A stretch of DNA of 64,000 nucleotides from a virus (lineage: Duplodnaviria > Caudoviricetes): the IMG/VR virus record IMGVR_UViG_3300033066_002255; one strand, given 5' to 3'. Made by a program: the position numbers and the translations under genes. Of this stretch, positions 29,137 through 37,875 are shown piece by piece (within the stretch, counting starts at the first letter, position 1; each line of letters starts with the position of its first letter). The notes beneath the pieces were generated by a model, which was not told the origin of the DNA, did not search any database, and worked only from the letters and a program-made list of their open reading frames with translations.

Positions 29137-29377
29137 ACCAGCTTTTAGTAAAAAACGTCAAAAACCAACGCCCCCTCTCATCCCCCAATTTCGAAAAATT
29201 GCTCCTAAAAGCCTAAAATAAGGCGTAGGAAGTACAGGCCGAACATATCAGCTATACTGGACGAGAGTGGGCCTTTTGACGTTTTTATACTGGCTTGTGA
29301 GGTACCATCCCCCAGGGTAAAAACTCCTACATGTGAGACCAACGCCCCGAAGAAAACACAATGTAGGTTAAAAAATC
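29137..29377 (-). ncRNA. Candidate structured ncRNA (or cis element) of unknown family
   Basis: GC-rich ORF-free island with a 13-bp perfect inverted repeat, several hairpins (one with a UUCG loop on the minus strand), direct repeats and a promoter immediately upstream. Confidence 0.55.
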
Positions 29378-29381
29378 ATTT

Positions 29382-29413
29382 CAAATATAGACAATAAAAA
29401 ACTTGAATCCAAA
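29382..29413 (-). promoter_or_regulatory. Bacteroidota primary-sigma promoter pointing into the non-coding island
   Basis: Minus strand TTTG-N20-TATATTTG. Confidence 0.72.
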
Positions 29414-29443
29414 TTTTTTTTAAAACTATTTATTAATAAATAT

Positions 29444-30163
29444 ATGTCCATATTAGATAACATAGGAAAAAACTTGGATTCAGACTTTGAAAACCATGCT
29501 TTTTTACCACAAAAATTAGAGATTGTAGATTTGGACAAAGGGGTTTTTGAATTCATTAAAAACCTTAATATTACTGTTACAGATGAAACAGGAAATTCAA
29601 GAGTAGTTCCAATCATATTTAATACTCATGAGCTTTGGGCTGAGAGAAGAATGAATTGGAAAAGTATGCGTAGTGAATATGGGGAAGAAATTACAAGACC
29701 CTTTATGGTTTTGACAAGAACAGCTGTAAAGCAAGGTACTTCTCCTCTTAAAAGAACTGTACCAGTTAAGAAAAAATTTACATGGCTTAAAGTACCTACA
29801 TTTGATGGGACTTTAAAAGGTTATGTTCTTTATAAGATTCCTCAGCCAACATATATTGATTTACATTATGAATTAGTTTTTGTAAGTACTTATGTTGATG
29901 ATGTAAACAAATATTATACTAAAGTTTTAAGAGATGGATATTCAGATTTGCAAGGATATATGAATATAAATGGTTATCATGTTTCTTCAAGAATAGAAGA
30001 CCCAAGTGAAACGAGAGAAGAAGATTTGGCTAGTGAAAAGGTTTATGAAACAACTTTTCCAATAATAGTCTTTGGAAAATTAGTTGACCCAACACAATTT
30101 GAGAGAGTAAATACAATTAATAAAATACAAATAAAAATTTCAGAGAAAAAATCTGATAAATAA
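29444..30163 (+). CDS. Tail terminator / sheath stabiliser (gp15-like)
   Basis: VPIIF...E.W, P...L.R and IPQPTYIDLHYEL patterns; lies between neck and sheath. Confidence 0.65.
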   Translation: MSILDNIGKNLDSDFENHAFLPQKLEIVDLDKGVFEFIKNLNITVTDETGNSRVVPIIFNTHELWAERRMNWKSMRSEYGEEITRPFMVLTRTAVKQGTSPLKRTVPVKKKFTWLKVPTFDGTLKGYVLYKIPQPTYIDLHYELVFVSTYVDDVNKYYTKVLRDGYSDLQGYMNINGYHVSSRIEDPSETREEDLASEKVYETTFPIIVFGKLVDPTQFERVNTINKIQIKISEKKSDK

Positions 30164-30209
30164 AAGATTTTGATAATTTCTGAATATTTATAATAAAACT
30201 TTAAACCTT

Positions 30210-30464
30210 ATGGTTGTTAGAAATAAAAAGAATGGAACAAACATATTAGCTTTTAGGTCTGGAGTACAAAATGTAAAGATTTCAATAAAAGCAGGTGAAG
30301 TAGTTGAAATACCAAATTTAACAAATTATAGCCAAATTATTAATAAGGCTGATTTTGAAAAAAGAGGATGGTTTGAAATAGTTGAGTCGTTAAAAATTGA
30401 AGAAGAAACAAGTTTAGATAAAGCAAGGAAAGAGGTTAAATATTATGCCTCTGAAGGTAAATAA
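30210..30464 (+). CDS. Small hypothetical protein
   Basis: TATTTAT at 30185; similar to 13864..14133. Confidence 0.65.
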   Translation: MVVRNKKNGTNILAFRSGVQNVKISIKAGEVVEIPNLTNYSQIINKADFEKRGWFEIVESLKIEEETSLDKARKEVKYYASEGK

Positions 30465-30504
30465 AAAAAGAAAAAAATAACAAACAAAAAAACAAATAAA
30501 TAAT

Positions 30505-32871
30505 ATGGCAACAATTTTCGTATCACCAGGAGTATACACTAAAGAGCAAGACTTTTCAGTTTTTGCATCTCGTATTGGTATTACCAGACTGGGGTTAGTT
30601 GGTAAGACTGAAAAAGGTCCAGCTTTTGAACCTATAAAGATTAGTACTTCTGATGAGTATGCTTTAAGATTTGGTGGGACAGACCCAGATTTACCATTAT
30701 CTTATGTGGCAAACTCATTCTTAACTCAATCAAATGAATTGACTGTAACAAGAATTCTTGGTAATACAGGATTTGTTAACTCACCAGCTTGGATAATAGC
30801 AGCATCAATGAGCGGTTCTTCTTCAGGAGCAACTTTAGCTGTATTAAGAAGTAAGAAAAGTCAAATTGACAATACATTTTATTTTGACCAAGAGTCAGAT
30901 ATTAAAATAGGCGGAATTACTTCTGCGCTTGGAGATTTTATTTTATCAGGTACAACAGGTCCTTTAACAGCTGGAACTATTACTGTTTCTTTAGATGAAA
31001 CTAAAGATAGTTATATTACAAAAATTTTAGGTAAGAGTCCAAAAGTTATTTCTGGATTACCAAATTTCTATGTTGAAACAATTTATCCACACTTCTTAAG
31101 AGAAGCTGTTAATAGAGGAGCTGTTTTAAATATATTCAGTGCAACTGTATATACTCAAGAAGGTTCATACACAGATTATCAAAGTAGTTATACAAACGCT
31201 ATAACTCCTTGGGTAGTTGGTAGAGTAGTAGGAGGAAGTGTAAGAGAATTATTTAGAGTTCAAACTATTTCTGATGGTGATGGTTCTAATAGAGAAATTA
31301 AAATTTCTATTGCAAATATTGACATTGTAAATTATACATTCGATTTAATTGTAAGAAGATTTGATGATACAGATGCAACAGCTTCTTCTTCAGCACTTGA
31401 AAGATGGTCAAATCTTTCTTTTGACCCAAGAAGTACAACTTACATTGGAAAGGTAATCGGTACAACAGATGAATCTTATCCAAGAAAATCATCTTTCATT
31501 ACTGTTGATATTGCTGAAAATGTTCCTACAACTTCAGTTCCAGCTGGTTTTAAAGGTTATACTTTAAGAACTTCTGGTGTAAGTGGAACAACAGCTCCAG
31601 GGCTTTATTATAAAACAACTTATTTCTCAGGAGATTCTAAATTCAAGACTTATCTTGGTATTTCTGAATTAGCTTATACAAGCTTAACTCAGAATATGGT
31701 TTCTACAAGAAATTCAGTTAAAACTTTAGAAGCAGATTTATTCGCTTATTATGGTGGTGTAGCAAGTGGTACAACTACAACTAAAGGTTTCCACTTAGAG
31801 AATACTGCTGATGCGTCTTTATTTATTAGTGGAAATAAAAATAGTTTAACAGCTTATACAAATGATGCTCAAACTTTAATTGATAAGACTTTATTAAAGT
31901 TCACATTAGTACCATATGGTGGTTTTGATGGATGGGATAAATATAAGCAATATTCATATACTTATGAAGAATTTAAAGATGCTTATCAAGATAATGTAGA
32001 TGAATTTAAAGCAGGTATTGATACAATGGCAAATCCTGAAGAAGTAGATATTAACTTATTTGCTACTCCTGGTATTGACTTCTCAAATAATGAGACAGTT
32101 ATTAGATATGCTCTTGATATGATTGAAAATAGAGCTGATTCTCTTTATATTATTGATTCTCCAAGATTAACTGTAGGTACTGAAAAAGGTACACCAGAAG
32201 AACTTGTATCAAGATTAGAGGCAACAGGTATTGATAGTAACTATTCTGCTACTTACTGGCCATGGATTCAAATTGAAGATAATACAAGTAACTTATATAC
32301 TTATCAATCTCCAACATTATTAGTTGTAAGAGCTATCGCCTTTACAGATAACGTTGCAGCTCCTTGGTTTGCTCCAGCAGGTCTTAATAGAGGTCTTGCA
32401 GGTGCAGGTGTTATCAGAACAGATATTAAGGCTGGTAAAGATGAGAGAGATGTATTATATGCAGGAAGAATTAATCCAGTTGCATTCTATATTCAACAAG
32501 GTATTTCATTGTGGGGTCAAAAGACAATGCAAGTTAGACAATCTGCTCTTGATAGAATTAATGTTAGGAGATTACTTCTTCAAGTAAGAAGATTGGTTTC
32601 TGCTGCATCTTTAGGATTAGTTTTCGAACAAAACGACCAAACTTTAAGAGACCAATTCTTAGCAAAGGTAGAACCTATTTTATTACAAATCCAAAACCAA
32701 AGAGGTTTAACAGCATTCAAAGTTGTTATGGATGATAGCAATAATACAGCTGATACAATTGATAGAAATACATTGGTTGGTAAAATACAATTAAAACCAA
32801 CAAGAACAGCAGAGTTCATCGACTTAACATTCCAAGTATTACCTACTGGAGCGAACTTCGAAGATTTTTAA
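30505..32871 (+). CDS. gp18: Contractile tail sheath protein (gp18-like)
   Basis: FVSPGVYTKE, KGPAFEP, YWPW, PWFAPAGLNRG, WGQKT, RINVRRLL, EQND. Confidence 0.96.
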   Translation: MATIFVSPGVYTKEQDFSVFASRIGITRLGLVGKTEKGPAFEPIKISTSDEYALRFGGTDPDLPLSYVANSFLTQSNELTVTRILGNTGFVNSPAWIIAASMSGSSSGATLAVLRSKKSQIDNTFYFDQESDIKIGGITSALGDFILSGTTGPLTAGTITVSLDETKDSYITKILGKSPKVISGLPNFYVETIYPHFLREAVNRGAVLNIFSATVYTQEGSYTDYQSSYTNAITPWVVGRVVGGSVRELFRVQTISDGDGSNREIKISIANIDIVNYTFDLIVRRFDDTDATASSSALERWSNLSFDPRSTTYIGKVIGTTDESYPRKSSFITVDIAENVPTTSVPAGFKGYTLRTSGVSGTTAPGLYYKTTYFSGDSKFKTYLGISELAYTSLTQNMVSTRNSVKTLEADLFAYYGGVASGTTTTKGFHLENTADASLFISGNKNSLTAYTNDAQTLIDKTLLKFTLVPYGGFDGWDKYKQYSYTYEEFKDAYQDNVDEFKAGIDTMANPEEVDINLFATPGIDFSNNETVIRYALDMIENRADSLYIIDSPRLTVGTEKGTPEELVSRLEATGIDSNYSATYWPWIQIEDNTSNLYTYQSPTLLVVRAIAFTDNVAAPWFAPAGLNRGLAGAGVIRTDIKAGKDERDVLYAGRINPVAFYIQQGISLWGQKTMQVRQSALDRINVRRLLLQVRRLVSAASLGLVFEQNDQTLRDQFLAKVEPILLQIQNQRGLTAFKVVMDDSNNTADTIDRNTLVGKIQLKPTRTAEFIDLTFQVLPTGANFEDF

Positions 32872-32897
32872 AATTAAAAAATATAACTTATAAAAGT

Positions 32898-32928
32898 AAA
32901 AAAAAGAGGGTTTATATCCTCTTTTTTT
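32898..32928 (+). terminator. Intrinsic terminator
   Basis: AAAAAAAGAGG-GTTTATAT-CCTCTTTTTTT. Confidence 0.75.
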
Positions 32929-32984
32929 CTTTTTATAAACAAACAATTGTTTTTAATTTCTATTTATATATAAATAATTTGTAA

Positions 32985-33473
32985 ATGCCTGGAATGTATT
33001 TTAATCCCATAAAAAGAATTTTCTTAAATTTATCTGGAGGTACTGTTTCTGGGGATACAGTTTTTGAGCAGGGTTTAGTTGCCTTAAATTTTTCGGGAGA
33101 TACAATTTATTCTGGGAATACAAACTTAGATATAATAATTAGAGATATTGCAAATAGTGCTGTTACAGGAAACACAAATTCTGCAGAATTTTTACCATTA
33201 TCAGGTGGAGTAGGAGGTCAATATTATTTTACAGGAAATACAACTGGTCAAACTTTATATATTGAAAATGATTTTATTCCTAATAATGATGATAATTCTA
33301 ATTTAGGAACAACAATTAAAAGATTTAGAAATTTAAATATAGTAAATGGTGTTTCTGTAAATTTCACAGCAGAAACTAGATTGTCTACTCTTGAATTAAA
33401 GTTAGGAAATACAATTGTTACAGAAGATAATATTATTCTTTCTGGAAATACAATAAGTGGAGGTAATTGGTAA
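32985..33473 (+). CDS. Putative virion fibre/decoration protein
   Basis: FLPLSGG and NLGT..KRFRNL fibre-type motifs; dense SGxT motifs. Confidence 0.6.
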   Translation: MPGMYFNPIKRIFLNLSGGTVSGDTVFEQGLVALNFSGDTIYSGNTNLDIIIRDIANSAVTGNTNSAEFLPLSGGVGGQYYFTGNTTGQTLYIENDFIPNNDDNSNLGTTIKRFRNLNIVNGVSVNFTAETRLSTLELKLGNTIVTEDNIILSGNTISGGNW

Positions 33474-33506
33474 AAAAATAAAATAACAATAAAAAAATAA
33501 AAAAAT

Positions 33507-34970
33507 ATGGCATTAAGAGATGTGCGTATAGCATTAAGAGACAGGCAAACCACAGGAGGTTTATTGCCTGCGGATTCACAATTTGGTGAACCATTTATAA
33601 ATTTATTTGATGGTATATTAAGATTCTCTGGTGTTACAGGAGGCTCTTATGAAACTGCTACGCAAAGTGGTGTATTTGAAGTTGGTTCTGTTTTATATAA
33701 TCAAAGAATTAGTAATAGATTAAATATTAATAATAATTTAATTATTAGTGGAGATACTGGTATTATTAGTACTTATGGAGGATTAGCAGGAGCATCACTT
33801 AATGGAAAATTTTTAAGTGGAACAACAGCAGGTTTAGTTTTAGCAAATATATCAGATATTCAAGGCGTACAAGTTTATGTACAAAATGGAAGAAATATTA
33901 TTACAGGAGGAACATCTACATTACCTACAATAAACTTAGTAGACTCACCTTCATTAAATAATATTACATTTTCAGGTATATCAACTGGTGGTAATTCTAT
34001 AGCAACAAATGTATCTGCTACAACATTTTATTCAGGTTCAGCTAATTTAGAAGGTATAATTTATAATATTGCGACATCATCTTCTGGTGTACATACATAT
34101 GTTCAACCAGGAACAAATATAACAACAGGTGGTACAGCAACTGTTCCAATTATAAATCTTGTTGCATCTCCTTCTGTAAATAATATTACATTTTCAGGAA
34201 CAGCAATTGGGGGAACAATGCAGGCAGGCAGTGGAACATTTACTTCGTTATCAGCAACGACATTAAGCGGAGGAACAATTTATTCTGGTGGAACAAATTT
34301 ATATTCTATTTTTTCACAAACAGATACAATAACAAGAGTTCAGCCTGGCACAAACATAACAACAGGAGGTACAGCAAATGCACCAACGATTAATTTAGTT
34401 GCATCTCCTTCTATTAATAGTTTGACAATTTCTGGAACAACAACAGGAGTAATAGGAAATTTTTCTACTTTATCAGCTACTGCAATTACAGATAGTAATT
34501 TAACTGCAGGACGTGCAGTTTATGCTGGCGTTGGAGGTTTATTAAAGACTAATAGTGGATTTACATATGATGATGCTATTAATACTTTATTTTCACAAAA
34601 TTTACAAGTTGGTTCTCCTTCTTTGAGCGGAACAGTAACAATATGGGGAGATGTAGTTATGATGGGTGCTGCTATTAGTGCATTTACTTCTCAGTTATAT
34701 ATTGAAGATAATAATATACAATTAAATTATAATCCATCAGCTTCAACAACTTCAGCATCTCTTGGAGCTGGGCTAACAATACAAGATGGTTCTGGTATTG
34801 CTGCAGGTGATGTGTTTTTAGATATTAGAGGAACAGCTACAGGAGTTGCAAATAGAAGCTTTGCAACTAATCTACAAGATATCAGAATAAGAGAAACAGG
34901 AACTATTTCATCTCCTAATGGCTCTAGGCTGCTGGCGGAAAATGATTTTATTGATGGAGGTACATATTAA
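33507..34970 (+). CDS. Putative tail fibre / virion structural protein
   Basis: GEPFIN N-domain, three VQ(P/N)G.NI.TGGT...P.INLV modules, IEDN.I.LN, ends IDGGTY. Confidence 0.7.
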   Translation: MALRDVRIALRDRQTTGGLLPADSQFGEPFINLFDGILRFSGVTGGSYETATQSGVFEVGSVLYNQRISNRLNINNNLIISGDTGIISTYGGLAGASLNGKFLSGTTAGLVLANISDIQGVQVYVQNGRNIITGGTSTLPTINLVDSPSLNNITFSGISTGGNSIATNVSATTFYSGSANLEGIIYNIATSSSGVHTYVQPGTNITTGGTATVPIINLVASPSVNNITFSGTAIGGTMQAGSGTFTSLSATTLSGGTIYSGGTNLYSIFSQTDTITRVQPGTNITTGGTANAPTINLVASPSINSLTISGTTTGVIGNFSTLSATAITDSNLTAGRAVYAGVGGLLKTNSGFTYDDAINTLFSQNLQVGSPSLSGTVTIWGDVVMMGAAISAFTSQLYIEDNNIQLNYNPSASTTSASLGAGLTIQDGSGIAAGDVFLDIRGTATGVANRSFATNLQDIRIRETGTISSPNGSRLLAENDFIDGGTY

Positions 34971-34971
34971 T

Positions 34972-35003
34972 AAAAAAGCTCAGTAAATTTACTGAGCTTT
35001 TTT
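34972..35003. terminator. Bidirectional intrinsic terminator
   Basis: AAAAAAGCTCAGTAAATTTACTGAGCTTTTTT palindrome. Confidence 0.85.
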
Positions 35004-35383
35004 TATGTTAAATCATTTAAGTCTTTTCCTATTTCTATACTAAAATTTCCTATTTGAGGTATAGACATTCTTCCTCCTCCAGAAAATAAAAGTTGAAATT
35101 CTCCATAAAAAGTACCTGATTCATTTGTGTCTTCTGGGTCCCAATTATAAGATATATTACCACCACTATAAGAAATTATTTGTGCTGGTTTAGCCATGAT
35201 TTTTACATCTCCACAATCATTTGTCATTGTAAAAGTGCATGCTGTTACACCGCTTAGATTAAAAGGTATTTTATTACCAAGACATGCTCTATCACTTATA
35301 ACAATATCAATTGATGGAAGTGTATCGTTTCTTTTAATAAAGAATTTATCTTTAAGTGTTTTGATATAACCTGGTTGTGGCAT
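35003..35383 (-). CDS. BppU-N-like Ig-fold baseplate/fibre attachment protein
   Basis: IKRNDTLPSI...YNW...DT..SG.FYGEF. Confidence 0.65.
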   Translation of the reverse strand: MPQPGYIKTLKDKFFIKRNDTLPSIDIVISDRACLGNKIPFNLSGVTACTFTMTNDCGDVKIMAKPAQIISYSGGNISYNWDPEDTNESGTFYGEFQLLFSGGGRMSIPQIGNFSIEIGKDLNDLT

Positions 35384-35405
35384 TTTAATTTTATATATAA
35401 ATATA

Positions 35406-35816
35406 TTATGAAATATCTATTTCAAAAGAATCATTAATAATTTCTATTTCAAGAGGATATTTTATTATTTCAAATTCAATTTGATTTGTAACAAAATTAG
35501 TATTAATTCTAAAGCGTGTATTTATTTTTTTTATAGGTGCTGTTTCTGTATATTTTATAAACCAAACAAGGTCATATGTAATATCAGATGCGTATAAATT
35601 CGGATTAAGGTCTGCGAAATATATTCCAGTAGATGTGTTGCTAATAGATACTAAGTTTTCTATTATCGAATTAGATTCTGTATCTCCAGAGCCAGAAGTA
35701 AAAGTTGTAGCGCTAAGAGAGTAGGGATTTATTAAAATATAATCTTGCTGTAAAGTACTACCAGTTCTGATAATTTTTACATTATAAAATTTTTTATATA
35801 ATTTTAATTCACCCAT
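35406..35816 (-). CDS. Hypothetical virion protein (start revised to ATG 35816)
   Basis: The track start lies inside a terminator hairpin; STGIYFADL Ig-like pattern. Confidence 0.6.
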   Translation of the reverse strand: MGELKLYKKFYNVKIIRTGSTLQQDYILINPYSLSATTFTSGSGDTESNSIIENLVSISNTSTGIYFADLNPNLYASDITYDLVWFIKYTETAPIKKINTRFRINTNFVTNQIEFEIIKYPLEIEIINDSFEIDIS

Positions 35817-35822
35817 TTTTTT

Positions 35823-35864
35823 AAAAAAAAACCTTGGAATAACTAAAAAGTATTCCAAGGTTTT
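35823..35864 (-). terminator. Intrinsic terminator after the tail tube gene
   Basis: AAAACCTTGGAATA...TATTCCAAGGTTTT with a U-tract on the minus strand. Confidence 0.8.
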
Positions 35865-35882
35865 AATATTTTTATAATTAAA

Positions 35883-36371
35883 TTAAGCGCCTAAAAGACA
35901 TCTGTCTGGCTGAATAGTAATTGTTACCTCAGAAATATCATCAGAACCATAATCATAATCACCAAATTCAGCATTTGTAATCATACAACCTACAAGAGTC
36001 CATTTTTCAACGTCTTGTCCAGTTGGGTCAAGACCTTTTAAAACAAGGTTTTTCTTGTAACCAACTGCATAACCCATACGGCCTGTAGCAGTTTCAAAAT
36101 GTAATCTTACCCACTCCATGATTTTTTGAGTAGTAGATGGTCCTATTACATCAATAAATTTGATATCAATAGAACCCCATTTTGAACGACCAGCAACCCA
36201 CTGAGAAGTGTTCATGTACATAATTTCAACAGGATTAATTTCTAATTTTGGTTTACCTGAAGTTTGAACTAAAAAAGATTCGATTCCAAGCTCAGTTGGA
36301 AATTCCAAAGCGAATCTATTTTTTCTTTTTGGTTCCTGTTCAATTGGAACGGGTCTAAACATATCTGCCAT
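35883..36371 (-). CDS. gp19: Tail tube protein (gp19-like)
   Basis: EPKRKNRF, AGRSKW, QKIMEW, YKK, LDPTG..VEKWTL.G, I.PD. Confidence 0.88.
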   Translation of the reverse strand: MADMFRPVPIEQEPKRKNRFALEFPTELGIESFLVQTSGKPKLEINPVEIMYMNTSQWVAGRSKWGSIDIKFIDVIGPSTTQKIMEWVRLHFETATGRMGYAVGYKKNLVLKGLDPTGQDVEKWTLVGCMITNAEFGDYDYGSDDISEVTITIQPDRCLLGA

Positions 36372-36536
36372 AGTAGTTGTGTTTGTTGTTTATAGTGTTA
36401 TTTTTATATATTAATAAATACATAGAAAAAAAAATTATATTTTAAAAAAAATAGAAAAAAAATTATTAGGCTATATTTATAAAGGATATTAAAGCCTCTA
36501 TAGGTTTAAAAGTCAGAATTCTATAATTCAAATTAA

Positions 36537-37871
36537 ATGGCAAGCGGTCAAACAAGAACAGTTGGGGCAATTATCCCAAAGAAAAGTGCTGTATCTGGTA
36601 AAATACCAACAGGTACAACTGCTGGGGAAATTTTCTCTAATCTTACAGATAAAAAGCTGTGGGGATATGACGGTGTCAATATATTTGAATATGGTTCTGA
36701 TACTTTTTTAAATTTAACTGGAGGAACTATATCTGGAGATATAATAGTAAATTCAATCAGTGCAAACACTTATTTAGGTTTACCAGAGGACATATCCCTA
36801 ACATCTTTTACATATAATAGTGCAAATACTTTTACACTAACAAATAATACAGGAGGAACACTTTCTGCTATTATTAATGTAATGACTGGCCTTACAGTTA
36901 ATGGTGGTCTTAGCGCTACAACATATACTGGTGATACTATTACATTAAATACTAGTGGTTCTGGAACTGTTGGTTTATTATTAAATACAGTTAGTAACCA
37001 AGATTCAAAATTACATTTTTCAACAAATAACGCTGCTTCAGCTAGAGGTAGATTATATGTTGAAGATGCATCGCAAACATTTAATTTATATACATTTAAT
37101 AGTGATACTATTTTTTGGAATGGTAATGGACTTGCTCAATCAAAAACACTTACTTTGTATACTGATACTACAGCTAAATTTGAAAATAAACTTACAGTTG
37201 GTTCTTTAAATATACAAAATATACCTAGCGGTGTTAGTGTTTATAACTTAGCTATTGATTCTAATGGCAATGTTATTTCAGCAATTACTAATTCAATTGA
37301 TGTTACACGTGTACAACCAGGTTCAAATATTTCAACAGGAGGAACTGGGAATTTTCCAGTAGTGAATTTAGTAGATTCTCCATTTGTAAATAATATTAAT
37401 TTCTCAGGCACTGCAATTGGTGGAACAATACAAGCTGGTGCTGTTACTGCAACTTCATTATCTGCTGGTAGTATATCTGCTGTAACTTATTATGGTAATG
37501 GTATAAATTTAACAGGAATAACTGGAGCTTTTGGAATTACAATAGATGGTGCTGGGAGTGATATAACACCTGGTCAAAAAGGATTTGTAGTAGCTCCATA
37601 TAACATGGGAATAACTGGATGGGATTTAATTGCAAACACATCTGGGAATTGCGCAATTGATATTTGGAAAAGCGCAACAATACCAACCATATCTGATTCA
37701 ATTACTGGTCTTAGTTATCCAGACTTAATAAATAATCAATTTAATCAAAATAGCACTGCTCTAGTGAGTTGGGCTACGGGAATAACCAATGGCGATATTA
37801 TTGCCTTTAATGTTATATCAGCAACAAGTGTTTCGAGAATAACATTAACATTAAAAACAATTAAAAAATAA
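36537..37871 (+). CDS. Putative tail fibre protein
   Basis: GEIFSNLTDKKLW head; TRVQPGSNISTGGT module; C-terminal GITIDGAG...DIWK domain. Confidence 0.7.
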   Translation: MASGQTRTVGAIIPKKSAVSGKIPTGTTAGEIFSNLTDKKLWGYDGVNIFEYGSDTFLNLTGGTISGDIIVNSISANTYLGLPEDISLTSFTYNSANTFTLTNNTGGTLSAIINVMTGLTVNGGLSATTYTGDTITLNTSGSGTVGLLLNTVSNQDSKLHFSTNNAASARGRLYVEDASQTFNLYTFNSDTIFWNGNGLAQSKTLTLYTDTTAKFENKLTVGSLNIQNIPSGVSVYNLAIDSNGNVISAITNSIDVTRVQPGSNISTGGTGNFPVVNLVDSPFVNNINFSGTAIGGTIQAGAVTATSLSAGSISAVTYYGNGINLTGITGAFGITIDGAGSDITPGQKGFVVAPYNMGITGWDLIANTSGNCAIDIWKSATIPTISDSITGLSYPDLINNQFNQNSTALVSWATGITNGDIIAFNVISATSVSRITLTLKTIKK

Positions 37872-37875
37872 TATA

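Noticed and set aside
29137-29291. tmRNA (minus-strand GGGGGCGTTGGTTTTTGACG resembles a tmRNA 5' end), including a permuted form
   Set aside because: No T-arm (GGTTCRAnTCC), no matching acceptor 3' strand with CCA, and no tag frame found.
29147-29291. Retron msr-msd or DGR template
   Set aside because: A closing inverted repeat exists, but there is no long msd hairpin, no reverse transcriptase in the window and no matching variable repeat seen.
29368-29616. Minus-strand 82-aa ORF next to the ncRNA candidate
   Set aside because: Antisense to the gp15-like gene and runs across both promoters.
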